Below, piece after piece: positions 38,069-47,867 of a stretch of 64,000 nucleotides of DNA. Origin of the DNA: Verrucomicrobiota bacterium. Its GTDB lineage: Bacteria; Verrucomicrobiota; Verrucomicrobiia; Opitutales; Cerasicoccaceae. The notes under the pieces are model-generated. The model saw nothing but the letters and a program-made list of their open reading frames with translations, did no database searches and was not told the origin of the DNA. The stretch's first letter is position 1. Every line of letters starts with the position of its first letter. The position numbers and the translations under genes are program-made. Where the stretch lies: contig JBCBUK010000007.1 of assembly GCA_039818205.1 (NCBI GenBank), positions 96,001 to 160,000 on the forward strand. Reading direction: 5' to 3'.

Positions 38069-39550
38069 CTATTTGCGTCCGAGGACGTGTAAATTGGCCA
38101 TGCTTATACCGCTAAGCAATGAGCCGGTTATTCCCAGGAACCCCTGGTCCGTCCCGCAGAGGTAAAGATTCTCCAGGTCGGTCCGACCGTCTTTTACCTT
38201 ATTTGGAGCACCATAAACGGCACCTCCTAAGTGCCCAGTAAACTTTGTAATCGTCAACGGCGTAAACATATCCTTGGCCAAGGTACGCTCGCTAAGGATT
38301 AACCGTGATTGCGCCTTGTGAGCAACCATCGGCGGAGTCGTATGCTCTTTGTCGCGGACTCGCAATAGCGGGAGAAAATCAAGTGCTCGACGCTGCAACA
38401 GGTCATACCATTTCTCCTTTTCTTCTCGGTACTGCGCCTCCGACAAGGCCGCCCAGCGATCATAATTCGCCAGAGCGGTCACCCGCAGAAAGCCATCCTC
38501 GAGTTTCCGATCGTCCGAATAGCGATAGTTATTGGGAATACAGATGACGCCACTAGACAGATCAACCAGATCATCCGGCCGACGATAATCGAACGCGTGT
38601 CCATTGTTGAAAAACACAATCGTGTCCGTCCAACCCAATTTCATGGGTTCGGCATTCATGACCGTGATGGTTTCAACAAATGAAAGCGCACCGGTATTGG
38701 TCGAACCTGCATCCTCGGCTTGATCACTTCTTAGCCGCAATGTTTCCGCGTAACCGACCGACGAAATCACATGGTCGGCGGTGATCTCATCACCAGAGTC
38801 CAAGATTAAGCGCTTAGCTTGGTTTCCTTCGACGGCGATTTCACGCACACCACATTTCATTTTGCGCAAGCCACCGAGCTCGCGATAGCGGTTAAGCAAG
38901 GCTCGAATGATCACCCGGACGCCGTCATACGGGCGAGCAAATCCCTCGAGAAAGAGCGCTTTAAACAGGATAACAAACTGTGAAAAATCCAGGTCGTTTT
39001 CTCGTGCACTGCCGTAATAGCAAACGGGAACCATCAGCATATTGAGCAAAATGCGGTCGCTGATAAACCGAGCGATCACGTCTTTGGCCGACTCCTCCTT
39101 GATGTCCAAAGCTGTTTCATCGAACGCCTTGATGTAGCCAACCAATCGCCGAAAACCGTCGATCTCATTGGGAAACTCCCGCGCAACCTCACTTTCAAAC
39201 AACTCATATTCGTTGTCGAAACGCAAACTCCGACCGGGAAAGGCAATGCGAGAGCCACGCTGCTCGGCGAGATCTAACTCATCTCGGCTAAGGCGCAATT
39301 GACGTAGGATCTTGACCAAAGGAAGCCCTTTTGCCCCGGGCGGTGCGTAATTGGTTAGCGCATGCAGCCCGACGTCGTATTTGCGACCTTCGATGCTGTA
39401 AAAACTGTTGAGACCGCCGGCCGCGTTGTGGCGCTCGAGTATCAGCACCTTCCGGTCAAACATGGCCAACCGGATGGCGGCTGCGAGTCCAGACATACCG
39501 GCGCCAATGACTACGCAGTCAAAGTGCTCGCCTTGTAGCTCGCCGCTCAT
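38069..39550 (-). CDS. FAD-dependent oxidoreductase, phytoene desaturase-like family
   Basis: Rossmann 'VIGAGMSGL...ILERHNAAGG'; 'YDVGLHA'; C-terminal 'LYLCGTDQGFLGI'. Confidence 0.85.
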   Translation of the reverse strand: MSGELQGEHFDCVVIGAGMSGLAAAIRLAMFDRKVLILERHNAAGGLNSFYSIEGRKYDVGLHALTNYAPPGAKGLPLVKILRQLRLSRDELDLAEQRGSRIAFPGRSLRFDNEYELFESEVAREFPNEIDGFRRLVGYIKAFDETALDIKEESAKDVIARFISDRILLNMLMVPVCYYGSARENDLDFSQFVILFKALFLEGFARPYDGVRVIIRALLNRYRELGGLRKMKCGVREIAVEGNQAKRLILDSGDEITADHVISSVGYAETLRLRSDQAEDAGSTNTGALSFVETITVMNAEPMKLGWTDTIVFFNNGHAFDYRRPDDLVDLSSGVICIPNNYRYSDDRKLEDGFLRVTALANYDRWAALSEAQYREEKEKWYDLLQRRALDFLPLLRVRDKEHTTPPMVAHKAQSRLILSERTLAKDMFTPLTITKFTGHLGGAVYGAPNKVKDGRTDLENLYLCGTDQGFLGITGSLLSGISMANLHVLGRK

Positions 39551-39583
39551 CGAACCAACGTTTGATCCAGGGCTCAAAGGGGC

Positions 39584-39844
39584 CTAGGCGCTTGCCTTAG
39601 CCTCAAACTTTGGCTGCAGATAGTTCGCACAGCTATCGAGAGATGCGAGCTCAGGATAGTCATCTTCAGGTACTTCGATGCCGTGTTGCTTCCGCAACTC
39701 CATCACGATATCGAGGAAATCCATGGAATCCAGATCCAGCTGGTCACGGAGGCGAACCTCCGATTTGATGTCGCTCAAGTCTTCATCGGGGGCGATTTCC
39801 GCGATGATATCCAGCACAATCTGCTTAACGTCGTCTTTGGTCAT
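39584..39844 (-). CDS. Acyl carrier protein
   Basis: 'LDLDSMDFLDIVMEL' phosphopantetheine site. Confidence 0.92.
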   Translation of the reverse strand: MTKDDVKQIVLDIIAEIAPDEDLSDIKSEVRLRDQLDLDSMDFLDIVMELRKQHGIEVPEDDYPELASLDSCANYLQPKFEAKASA

Positions 39845-39872
39845 TGGTAGGTTTATAATAGATGAAAGCGGC

Positions 39873-41117
39873 TCAGTCAACGAACCGCTTAACGATCAAG
39901 GCGGAATTAATTCCGAGCATACCGAAAGAGTTGTTCAGGATGGTGTCAACCCTTTGAACAGTTTTCCCTTCGTTGATGACCAAATTCGGAATCGCGCATT
40001 CTGGGTCTAATTCATCGACGTTGATCGTTGGATGCACCGTCAAATCATCCAAACTGGGGATATTTCCGGCAAGCTCAAGTGCGCCGGCCGCCCCCATCGC
40101 GTGGCCGATAAAACTCTTCGTGTTATTGATGTAAGTATTTGGACATGAGCCAAATACCTCTATGATCGCCTTGGCTTCCTGGATATCTCCTTGAGGCGTC
40201 GCGGTGGCGTGGGTGCTGACCAAGTGGACGTCCGATGCCACCATGTTCGCGCGGCGGATCGCTTCGACCATACATTGGGCCTGGCGTTCCGGGTTGGGCA
40301 ATACTGCGTCTGTCGCGTCCGAATTGATGCACCATCCGGCCAATTCGGCGATTATCGGGGCTCCGCGATCCAAGGCATCGCTCAGGCGCTCCAAGACGTA
40401 CACCGCCCCACCCTCGCTGACCACGATTCCGTTCCGTGACTTATCAAAGGGTCGACTGGCTTTGTTGGGATCCTCGTGTTCGGCCAGGGCTCCCTGACTT
40501 TTAAAACCCGCAAAAATCCCAAAAGTATGAATCGACTCGCTAACGCCGCCAGCGAGCGCCATGTCGCATTCCCCCAAAAGCAGCATCTGCGCCCCCTGAA
40601 CTAGCCCCGCGTTGCCGGCCGCGCAGGCCGCGCCAATGGTGTAGTGGGGGCCGTGAATGCCCATATTCATGGTCACCTCGCCTGCCGGGTTGTTGGCCAC
40701 CGTCCGCGGGTTATGGTGATGCGTCCAATACTTGGTATCGTACTCGAACTGGGAAATATTGTACACCTCGTTCTCGGTCTCAACGTTGCCGTGTTCGGTG
40801 GTGCCGATGTAAACGCCGACCCGGGCCTTGTTGACGGACTCCCAGGAAATCTGGGCGTTGGCAATTGCCTCTTGAGAACAATAAATCGCGACCGAACCCG
40901 CACGCGTGCCGTTGCGGACTTCCTTGCGGCGCTGGTACTTCATCGGGTCGTAGTCGCAGACTCCCGCGTTCACTTCGCCCATATAGCGCATGGGGATGCG
41001 TTGAACGCCTGCTTGCCCGGCAAGAAGGTTCTGGCGATATTCGGCCAGCGTGTTGCCGTTGGGCGAGGTCAGGCCCAATCCGGTAATTACGATGCGCTTC
41101 GCGGGGTCACGTTCCAT
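39873..41117 (-). CDS. Beta-ketoacyl-ACP synthase (FabF/FabB family)
   Basis: Cys-His-His triad: 'AACAAG', 'STHATAT', 'KSFIGHAMGAAG'; 'NNSFGMLG'. Confidence 0.92.
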   Translation of the reverse strand: MERDPAKRIVITGLGLTSPNGNTLAEYRQNLLAGQAGVQRIPMRYMGEVNAGVCDYDPMKYQRRKEVRNGTRAGSVAIYCSQEAIANAQISWESVNKARVGVYIGTTEHGNVETENEVYNISQFEYDTKYWTHHHNPRTVANNPAGEVTMNMGIHGPHYTIGAACAAGNAGLVQGAQMLLLGECDMALAGGVSESIHTFGIFAGFKSQGALAEHEDPNKASRPFDKSRNGIVVSEGGAVYVLERLSDALDRGAPIIAELAGWCINSDATDAVLPNPERQAQCMVEAIRRANMVASDVHLVSTHATATPQGDIQEAKAIIEVFGSCPNTYINNTKSFIGHAMGAAGALELAGNIPSLDDLTVHPTINVDELDPECAIPNLVINEGKTVQRVDTILNNSFGMLGINSALIVKRFVD

Positions 41118-41358
41118 AACAGTCAGAAAGAAAAGCCCTCAATGCTTACGCTTGGGGGACGACTCGAAAAGAAAAAAAGTCACCCTCTTTCAAATTCAGT
41201 CAAACCCCAGCGGCTAGAAATTTGATCTTTTTTCGCGAGATTGAGGCTAAACAACGGTCCGATTCTCCGCGAATGCAACATTTCGAATGTCGTTTGCGAT
41301 TCCGAAACGAGACCTATCTACCCCATTCGAGACATAGTCGATCGATCCCTCAACCGAC

Positions 41359-42474
41359 TCAGGCCAAGCCGCCATCAGGCATAGCCGGTGGGATATCGCA
41401 GCTCGATTGAATTTCGACGGTTGAACCCGTGCGCTCAGACTCCTCGAAGGCCAGCATCACCTCAAGGGTGTGATAGGCCAATTGTCCGCCGCAGCGAGGC
41501 TCGCGGTTTTCCCGAACTGCGTGAACCAAATCGACCAGACCCAAGCCACGCCCGTGAGCGTAATCAAAAGCAAGCGGCTGCTCGATCGGATCTTCTGAAC
41601 CTGCCCAAACGGTATTGAGCTTGGGTTGCCCGTCGAAATTATTGGGATCGGTGCCGGTCAGGCAGCCTTGGGTGCCATAGATCTCGGGAAGGAACGACCC
41701 GCTGAAACCGAAGGGATGGTCGAAAGAAAACTGGACGCTGACAATCACGCCGCTCTCTGTTTCCAGTGAGCCGACGTAAAAAGTGGGCGTTTCAACCTCA
41801 ATCGTTTCCCCCTCGCGCTCCCCGCATCGAAACGGACGCTCTTTGAAACTGGTGATTGCGCGCCCCTGGACGCTCTTGACCGGGCCCAGAAGCTGAACCA
41901 AGAACGATAGATAGTAAGGGCCCATGTCCAGGAGTGGTCCGCCACCCTTTTTGTAGTAGAACTCTGGGTTCGGATGCCAGTGCTCATGGCCCGCACCAGT
42001 CAATTGAAGCTTAGCTGACAGCACCTCGCCGATTACCCCGTCGGCCACGAGCTTGCGGCAGGTCTGAGTGCCTGGCCCAAGCACGGTATCGGGTGCGCAA
42101 CTGGTCTTCAAACCGCGTCGCTCAGCTTCCTCAAGCACCGCCTTGCCTTCTTCCAAAGTCACCGCAAACGGTTTCTCGCAATGGACATGCTTACCGGCCT
42201 GGAGTGCGGCTAAGTTAAGCGGACCGTGCCCGGCGGGGTGAGTCAGGTTCAAAATGATGTCGATCTCGTCATCCGCCAAGAGCTGGTCGACGTCATCGTA
42301 GGCTTTGGGGATCGAAAAATCCTCCGCCATCTGCCGGGCGAACTCACCGCGCACATCACAACAGGCAACGATCTCGTAGGCCGATTGCTCGTTCTGGGAA
42401 AATGGAATATAGGCCTTGCGGGCGATGTCACCACAGCCAATGAGGCCAACTTTCATCGGGGAATGCTCAGTCAT
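41359..42474 (-). CDS. Gfo/Idh/MocA family oxidoreductase
   Basis: 'GLIGCGDIA', 'HVHCEKP', 'GGGPLLDMGPY'. Confidence 0.92.
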   Translation of the reverse strand: MTEHSPMKVGLIGCGDIARKAYIPFSQNEQSAYEIVACCDVRGEFARQMAEDFSIPKAYDDVDQLLADDEIDIILNLTHPAGHGPLNLAALQAGKHVHCEKPFAVTLEEGKAVLEEAERRGLKTSCAPDTVLGPGTQTCRKLVADGVIGEVLSAKLQLTGAGHEHWHPNPEFYYKKGGGPLLDMGPYYLSFLVQLLGPVKSVQGRAITSFKERPFRCGEREGETIEVETPTFYVGSLETESGVIVSVQFSFDHPFGFSGSFLPEIYGTQGCLTGTDPNNFDGQPKLNTVWAGSEDPIEQPLAFDYAHGRGLGLVDLVHAVRENREPRCGGQLAYHTLEVMLAFEESERTGSTVEIQSSCDIPPAMPDGGLA

Positions 42475-43117
42475 GGTATCGGTCAACAGACCGACCCATT
42501 TTTCGCCGAATGACAACCCAGAAAAACATCGCTCCCCCGACGATCGCTGCCCAAGTGCCCGGCTCGGGAACGGTTACAAAAGTCGTGGTCATCGTGAACG
42601 AATAGACATAATTTGCCTCTAAATCCAAATCCAAGAGTTCGAATCGAGAGTGATTCCGAGCCTTCTCAGATAACGGTCCAATCTCAATGCTTTCGAATGA
42701 CACGAACACGTCCACAATATCTGCTTCTAGAAATTGGTTAAAGTCGTGCCCTGGCAACGGTAGGTACTTTCCCGAAGAAGAGATACCTTTCGCAAAATCT
42801 CCTTCTGGAAATAATCTGAATATCCAAAAAATTTCCTGGATCGAGCTCGATTGCAGATCACCAACAAACAAGTCAAAACTATCATCTTTTTCGTCTACAA
42901 GAATTGAGTGCTGTCCTTTAGCAAACGTATAATCTCCCAGGTCCAAACTGCCTCCACCCGATCTAAGCTCTAAAGAATACACGGTTTCGACCGGATGCGG
43001 AATCAAGATCGGAAAGCTATCTTCGAATATATGATCACTGGCCCTAAACACGATCTCCAGCGACGCACTACCCGCGACTGGACATAAAAGAAGAACTATG
43101 AACAAACCAAACCTCAT
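42467..43117 (-). CDS. PEP-CTERM protein
   Basis: Signal peptide; 'VPEPGTWAAIVGG...RRK'. Confidence 0.8.
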   Translation of the reverse strand: MRFGLFIVLLLCPVAGSASLEIVFRASDHIFEDSFPILIPHPVETVYSLELRSGGGSLDLGDYTFAKGQHSILVDEKDDSFDLFVGDLQSSSIQEIFWIFRLFPEGDFAKGISSSGKYLPLPGHDFNQFLEADIVDVFVSFESIEIGPLSEKARNHSRFELLDLDLEANYVYSFTMTTTFVTVPEPGTWAAIVGGAMFFWVVIRRKMGRSVDRYHD

Positions 43118-43144
43118 CGGTATGGTTTGATACAGTAAATCATC

Positions 43145-43780
43145 TTAGCGACAAGCCCAGATGCAGCCTTCGATGACAAAATCCCAAACGTAGGGATGCG
43201 CATCGAATTCGGCTGGAGCATGGCCTAATGCGCAATAAAAAACTCGGCCACGCCCCCACTTCTTAGTCCAGGCAACGGGCATGTCGACCGTGAGACCATC
43301 GACATCGTAATCGGTTGCGACCAAAACGTTGAGCGCCGGATCGACGTGGAGGTAGTATTGCTCGGAGTCGTAGACGAAACGCTCTGGGAGCATCCGGGTC
43401 AGCGGGTGATCGGGTTGTTCAACCCGCACCGTATAAGGCCCCACGTAAGGGTGGCCAACAAACTGCCCGCCGACCATGTAGTTGTAATCGACCTTGCCGC
43501 GGAAAGCGTCGCCCATGCCCCCGTGAACGCCACCGAGTCCAACGCCCGAGGCAACGGCTTCGCAAATTGCTTTCTCCTGCGACTCCGAGAGGTCTCCCAT
43601 CGTCCAATTCGGCACGATGAGATCGAACGCCGGCAGATCGAGCTCATCAATTGCCTCGAGCTTATCCGCAATGGTGACCTCAAAGTCTTTGGTCGGTAGG
43701 GAGGCTTGGTAGCGTTGAGTAATTTCTTCCGGGAAGTGGCCTTCCCAGCCACCTTGAATGATGAGTGCTTTCTTGGGCAT
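43145..43780 (-). CDS. ThuA-domain protein
   Basis: 'GGWEGH', 'GGQFVGHP', 'EQYYLHVDP', 'GRGRVFYCALGH'. Confidence 0.88.
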   Translation of the reverse strand: MPKKALIIQGGWEGHFPEEITQRYQASLPTKDFEVTIADKLEAIDELDLPAFDLIVPNWTMGDLSESQEKAICEAVASGVGLGGVHGGMGDAFRGKVDYNYMVGGQFVGHPYVGPYTVRVEQPDHPLTRMLPERFVYDSEQYYLHVDPALNVLVATDYDVDGLTVDMPVAWTKKWGRGRVFYCALGHAPAEFDAHPYVWDFVIEGCIWACR

Positions 43781-43825
43781 GTGGAGAAACGATAGAAATG
43801 AATCTTATGAAGGTTAGTAGAAAAT

Positions 43826-44749
43826 TTATGCCGCAATTGATCGGCGAAACTCAGTGGGCGTCAGGCCCGAGATTCGTTTGAAGGATCGATTAAATTGGGA
43901 AATGGATTCGAAGCCAGTTTCAAAAGCGATCTCGCTAACGCGCAAGTTTGGATTCTGGAGCAGATTCTTCGCTTTTTCCACCCGCACCCGCGCAAGGTAA
44001 TCCGTAAATGTGATGCCCGTCGCCTGCTTAAACACTTTGCAGAAATGCCGCGTACTCGCGTTTACCGCCTTCGCCGCCTCGTCGAGTGACATTGCCTCCT
44101 GGTAGCGCTCCTGAATGTATTTTTTCGCATTGGCAACGAGCATTGGGTCCGTATCACTTTCCTCGACTGCAATGCTGTTACTGATGACCGCGAGGTGCTC
44201 CGCAAAGGTCGAGAGGAGCGCGAGCATTGCCTCATATTGCTCGCGGTCGAACACCCGCGTTTGAAAGTAGGCTTCTTCCAACTGCTTCAGGTTGACCTCA
44301 GAACCCCATTTCAAGATCTGCCGGGTCGCTCGCGAAAACTCTTCTTGATTCGGCTGATGCAGCAAGATCTGGCCCGTCTGCAGAAAGGCGATCAATTCAT
44401 TTCCCACCCGAATTGGCACGGCCGTATCGCACAGCCCGGCAAAGCAATGCAGGCTATCGGCTTCTAGCTGCGCGGTTTCTTCCAGACGTTTCTGCATCTG
44501 CCGGCAATTCGCGCAGCCCACATTGGTCTTAGCCATGATGGCACAAAAGGGATTCTCACCCTTCACACCCTGCAGGGCATTGTCAAAGGAGCGAATCGGG
44601 CGAATCGCCAGGGGCAAACCCGTCGCCTTAAAGAATGCCTCCTGATAATCCTGAAACAGCTTTCCGCTCTCCAACCGGTCAACCGTGTTTGAGGCACGCA
44701 ACACCGCCTTGGGATCAGTATCGACGGTAGCTGGCTCGGTCTCGGTCAT
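43826..44749 (-). CDS. AraC-family regulator with PocR sensor domain
   Basis: 'CFAGLCDTAVPI...GQ' PocR-type motif; C-terminal 'EIAFETGFESISQFNRSFKRISGLTPTEFR'; start uncertain (44749 or 44773). Confidence 0.9.
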   Translation of the reverse strand: MTETEPATVDTDPKAVLRASNTVDRLESGKLFQDYQEAFFKATGLPLAIRPIRSFDNALQGVKGENPFCAIMAKTNVGCANCRQMQKRLEETAQLEADSLHCFAGLCDTAVPIRVGNELIAFLQTGQILLHQPNQEEFSRATRQILKWGSEVNLKQLEEAYFQTRVFDREQYEAMLALLSTFAEHLAVISNSIAVEESDTDPMLVANAKKYIQERYQEAMSLDEAAKAVNASTRHFCKVFKQATGITFTDYLARVRVEKAKNLLQNPNLRVSEIAFETGFESISQFNRSFKRISGLTPTEFRRSIAA

Positions 44750-44778
44750 CACTTGTTGGGGCTTGCTGCGCAATTTGC

Positions 44779-44837
44779 GAAGATATGCGTAGCCTTGGTC
44801 AGGATATGCGAAGACAAGTTAGACCGGTATATGCGAG
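44779..44837 (+). promoter_or_regulatory. Direct repeats, candidate AraC operator
   Basis: GATATGCG at 44782 and 44803 (21-bp period) and TATATGCG at 44828. Confidence 0.6.
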
Positions 44838-44846
44838 AATCAAGTC

Positions 44847-45329
44847 ATGAATGAACGTCTCGTCAGCTACCTGCAGGACAATCGCGACCAGGTAATTGAA
44901 AATTGGCTTACCGAGGCCGATGTCCCGGCTCCACCCAATGCCCCAAGCTCCGAGGGATTCGTCCCCGTCTCCTACCTTGAAGTCAGCTTCGACCGGATCG
45001 TCGCCCGCATCCAATGCGGTGACAATGATCGGGCCGACAGCGAGCTGAAGCCCGCCCCACTTACCCTGAATGATATATTCAATACGACCTGTTCTTGCCA
45101 GGCCAGCCGTGTTCGTGGGCGCGTATGCATTGAACTGCACGAATCTGGTCGCCGAGCCTTTATGAGCGTGTTCAACGACGCTTGGGACGCCGACGGCGAG
45201 TTTAGCGCCCTCGACCGAAAGTACTGTGAACAGGTCATTGGCGGGGCGCTTGCGTGGAATTTTAGCAATGAAGTATTCAACTGTTCCGCGCGCCAAGAGC
45301 GAGCGGACTGCCAATTTAATCTCAAGTAA
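44847..45329 (+). CDS. Cys-rich hypothetical protein leading the cbb3 operon
   Basis: 160 aa with seven Cys; N-terminus 'LVSYLQDNRDQVIENW' resembles RsbR-N-type helices. Confidence 0.7.
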   Translation: MNERLVSYLQDNRDQVIENWLTEADVPAPPNAPSSEGFVPVSYLEVSFDRIVARIQCGDNDRADSELKPAPLTLNDIFNTTCSCQASRVRGRVCIELHESGRRAFMSVFNDAWDADGEFSALDRKYCEQVIGGALAWNFSNEVFNCSARQERADCQFNLK

Positions 45330-45346
45330 TCAGCAAAACGACGTCT

Positions 45347-45508
45347 ATGGAAATTCTTTTGCTAACCGTATTTTTGAGCCTGCTACTCGCTGGGCTTTTC
45401 TTCCTGATGTTCCTCCGGGACCGCCAGGAAGATGGCATCAGTAGCCTGGATCAAGAGTCTCTCCGTCCATTCGCCGCGGAAGAACCCGTGGAGGCCTCTC
45501 GCAAGTGA
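45347..45508 (+). CDS. ccoS: CcoS-like cbb3 oxidase assembly protein (53 aa, not in ORF track)
   Basis: MEILLLTVFLSLLLAGLFFLMFLRDRQEDGISSLDQESLRPF...; GTGA overlap with ccoNO. Confidence 0.65.
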   Translation: MEILLLTVFLSLLLAGLFFLMFLRDRQEDGISSLDQESLRPFAAEEPVEASRK

Positions 45509-47859
45509 GCACCCAGACCAAACAAGTCACCATCGAATACGATGATCGTTCAGTTCGGTGGTTCATGATAGCGTCCATATTCTGGTCACTAATTGGGCTC
45601 GGAGCCGGTGTTCTCATCGCTACCCAGCTCAATAGCTGGCGCATGAACTTTGATCTGCCCTGGCTTACCTTTGGCCGCATTCGTCCGCTGCATACCAACG
45701 CCGCGATCTTTGCCTTCGTTGGCAACATGATGTTTGCGGGCATCTACTATTCGACCCAGCGGCTTTGTCGTTGCCGGCTAGCGTCGGACCTATTGACCAA
45801 AATTCACTTCTGGGGCTGGCAGGCTATCATTATCCTTGCGGCCATTTCGTTGCCACTTGGCTACAGCCGTGGCAAGGAGTACGCCGAGCTGATCTGGCCA
45901 ATCAACATTCTGGTCGCCGTGATCTGGCTCGTTTTCGCAGCGAACTTCTTCTGGACGCTGGCCAAACGGAACGAGAAGTCCCTCTATGTTGCGCTCTGGT
46001 TTTATATAGCGACGATCGTCACGGTCACGATGCTCTACGTCGTCAATCACTTGTCTCTGCCAACTAGCCTCCTCCATAGCTATCCAATCTTTGGCGGAGT
46101 GCAGGACGCCCTGGTCCAATGGTGGTATGGGCACAACGCGGTAGCCTTCTTCCTAACGACGCCGATTCTGGGCATCATGTATTACTTCGTTCCGAAGTCG
46201 GTCAATCGTCCCGTATATTCCTATCGGCTGTCCGTTATCCATTTTTGGTCGCTGGTTTTCATCTACATCTGGGCGGGTCCTCATCACCTATTGAACACCG
46301 CCCTACCCGGCTGGCTGCAAACCCTTGGCATGCTCTTTAGCTTAATGCTCTGGGCGCCCTCATGGGGCGGTATGCTCAACGGTCTGCTCACCTTGCGTGG
46401 TGCGTGGGAAAAGCTGCGGACCGATCCAGTCGTAAAGTTTTTTGCGGCAGGGGTAACCTTCTACGGTATGGCTACCTTCGAAGGCCCCCTCCTTTCCATT
46501 AAGTCAGTCAACGCGCTTTCGCATTATTCTGACTGGACCATCGGGCACGTCCACGCAGGCACGCTTGGATGGAACGGTTTTATGGCCGCGGGTATGTTCT
46601 ACTGGCTTGCTCCCAAACTTTGGAACACAAAGCTATTTTCTCAAGGAATGGCGAACCTCCACTTCTGGCTCGGGATGGTGGGGATCCTGCTCTACGTCGC
46701 AGCCATGTGGACCTCGGGCATCACCCAAGGATTGATGCTCAATGCCACAGCCGAAGACGGCACGATTCTAGCCTATCCCAATTTCGTCGAAACATTGCTC
46801 GCAATTCAGTGGCCGATGGCATTCCGCGCAATCGGAGGGGGCATGTATCTGATCGGGTTTATTCTGATGACGATCAACATCTGGAAAACCGCTAAAAGCG
46901 GATCACCAGTCAACGGAACGATTCAAGTAACGTCAGCCATGGATGAACTCGCTGGGAAGGATCGCAAGGGTTTCAAGGGGTTTGTCAATGCTCCGGTCAT
47001 CTACAGTTTCTTGATCATTGGTGCCTGCGGAGTGATGATATTTGGCGGCGATTTCGGATTCATGATCGGCACGTTTCTGACGGTGGTCTTTACCATTGCC
47101 GCGATCGTTCATTTTGAGTTCTCCGGCGCGAAATGGAGTGATTGGTACGACGAGCTACTGAAGCATGGTTTCACCTTTACGGTGCTGACCATCATTGCAG
47201 CGGCGATCGGTGGTGCGGTTCAAATTATCCCGACCGTAACGATGCAACGAGCCGAGAACATTGAGGGCCGCCTTCAAGTTCCCTACACCCCGCTAGAGCT
47301 AACTGGGCGTGACATCTACGTGAGCGAAGGTTGCTACAACTGCCACTCGCAGATGATCCGAACGATGGTACCCGATGTCCTTCGCTACGGTGACTACTCC
47401 CGCCTCGGCGAATCAATCTACGACCACCCGTTCCAATGGGGCTCAAAACGCACCGGGCCTGATCTTGCCCGCGAAGGTGGCAAACGCTCCGACGACTGGC
47501 ATTTCTACCATATGTTGAATCCACGCGACATCACTGAGGGCTCAAACATGCCCAACTATCCGTGGCTTTTCACCAACGACGCGAACACGAAAACGCTGAT
47601 GTCAAAGATCAATGCGATGCGCATGCTCGGCGTCCCCTACGACATTGGACTATCCGAGGAAGAGATCATGGCTGAATACAACGAACAGGCCAATGGGATC
47701 GTTGAAGGGCTCGCCGAAAAAGGGGCCTACACCGAGCCCCAAAAGGAGATCATCGCACTGATCGCCTACCTTCAGAAACTCGGAGCCTACCGCGACACCA
47801 ATGAGCCGGAAGACGACTCTGACGAAAGCCTTATCAAACCACTCGCCTCTAACGAATAA
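45505..47859 (+). CDS. ccoN: cbb3-type cytochrome c oxidase, fused subunits I and II (CcoNO)
   Basis: 'GRIRPLHTN', 'QWWYGHNAV', 'WAGPHHL', 'GHVH'; CcoO part 'EGCYNCHSQMIR' and 'WGSKRTGPDL'. Confidence 0.96.
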   Translation: MSTQTKQVTIEYDDRSVRWFMIASIFWSLIGLGAGVLIATQLNSWRMNFDLPWLTFGRIRPLHTNAAIFAFVGNMMFAGIYYSTQRLCRCRLASDLLTKIHFWGWQAIIILAAISLPLGYSRGKEYAELIWPINILVAVIWLVFAANFFWTLAKRNEKSLYVALWFYIATIVTVTMLYVVNHLSLPTSLLHSYPIFGGVQDALVQWWYGHNAVAFFLTTPILGIMYYFVPKSVNRPVYSYRLSVIHFWSLVFIYIWAGPHHLLNTALPGWLQTLGMLFSLMLWAPSWGGMLNGLLTLRGAWEKLRTDPVVKFFAAGVTFYGMATFEGPLLSIKSVNALSHYSDWTIGHVHAGTLGWNGFMAAGMFYWLAPKLWNTKLFSQGMANLHFWLGMVGILLYVAAMWTSGITQGLMLNATAEDGTILAYPNFVETLLAIQWPMAFRAIGGGMYLIGFILMTINIWKTAKSGSPVNGTIQVTSAMDELAGKDRKGFKGFVNAPVIYSFLIIGACGVMIFGGDFGFMIGTFLTVVFTIAAIVHFEFSGAKWSDWYDELLKHGFTFTVLTIIAAAIGGAVQIIPTVTMQRAENIEGRLQVPYTPLELTGRDIYVSEGCYNCHSQMIRTMVPDVLRYGDYSRLGESIYDHPFQWGSKRTGPDLAREGGKRSDDWHFYHMLNPRDITEGSNMPNYPWLFTNDANTKTLMSKINAMRMLGVPYDIGLSEEEIMAEYNEQANGIVEGLAEKGAYTEPQKEIIALIAYLQKLGAYRDTNEPEDDSDESLIKPLASNE

Positions 47860-47867
47860 TTGCCAAC

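Noticed and set aside
38069..39550. Carotenoid biosynthesis (crtI)
   Set aside because: No crtB, crtE or crtY nearby; the context is ACP and ketosynthase.
41120..41358. Possible ncRNA or riboswitch upstream of the ketosynthase
   Set aside because: Only a short imperfect hairpin; no recognisable conserved motif.
44750..45346. FNR box upstream of the cco genes
   Set aside because: Only an isolated ATCAA half-site near 44839; no TTGAT-N4-ATCAA.
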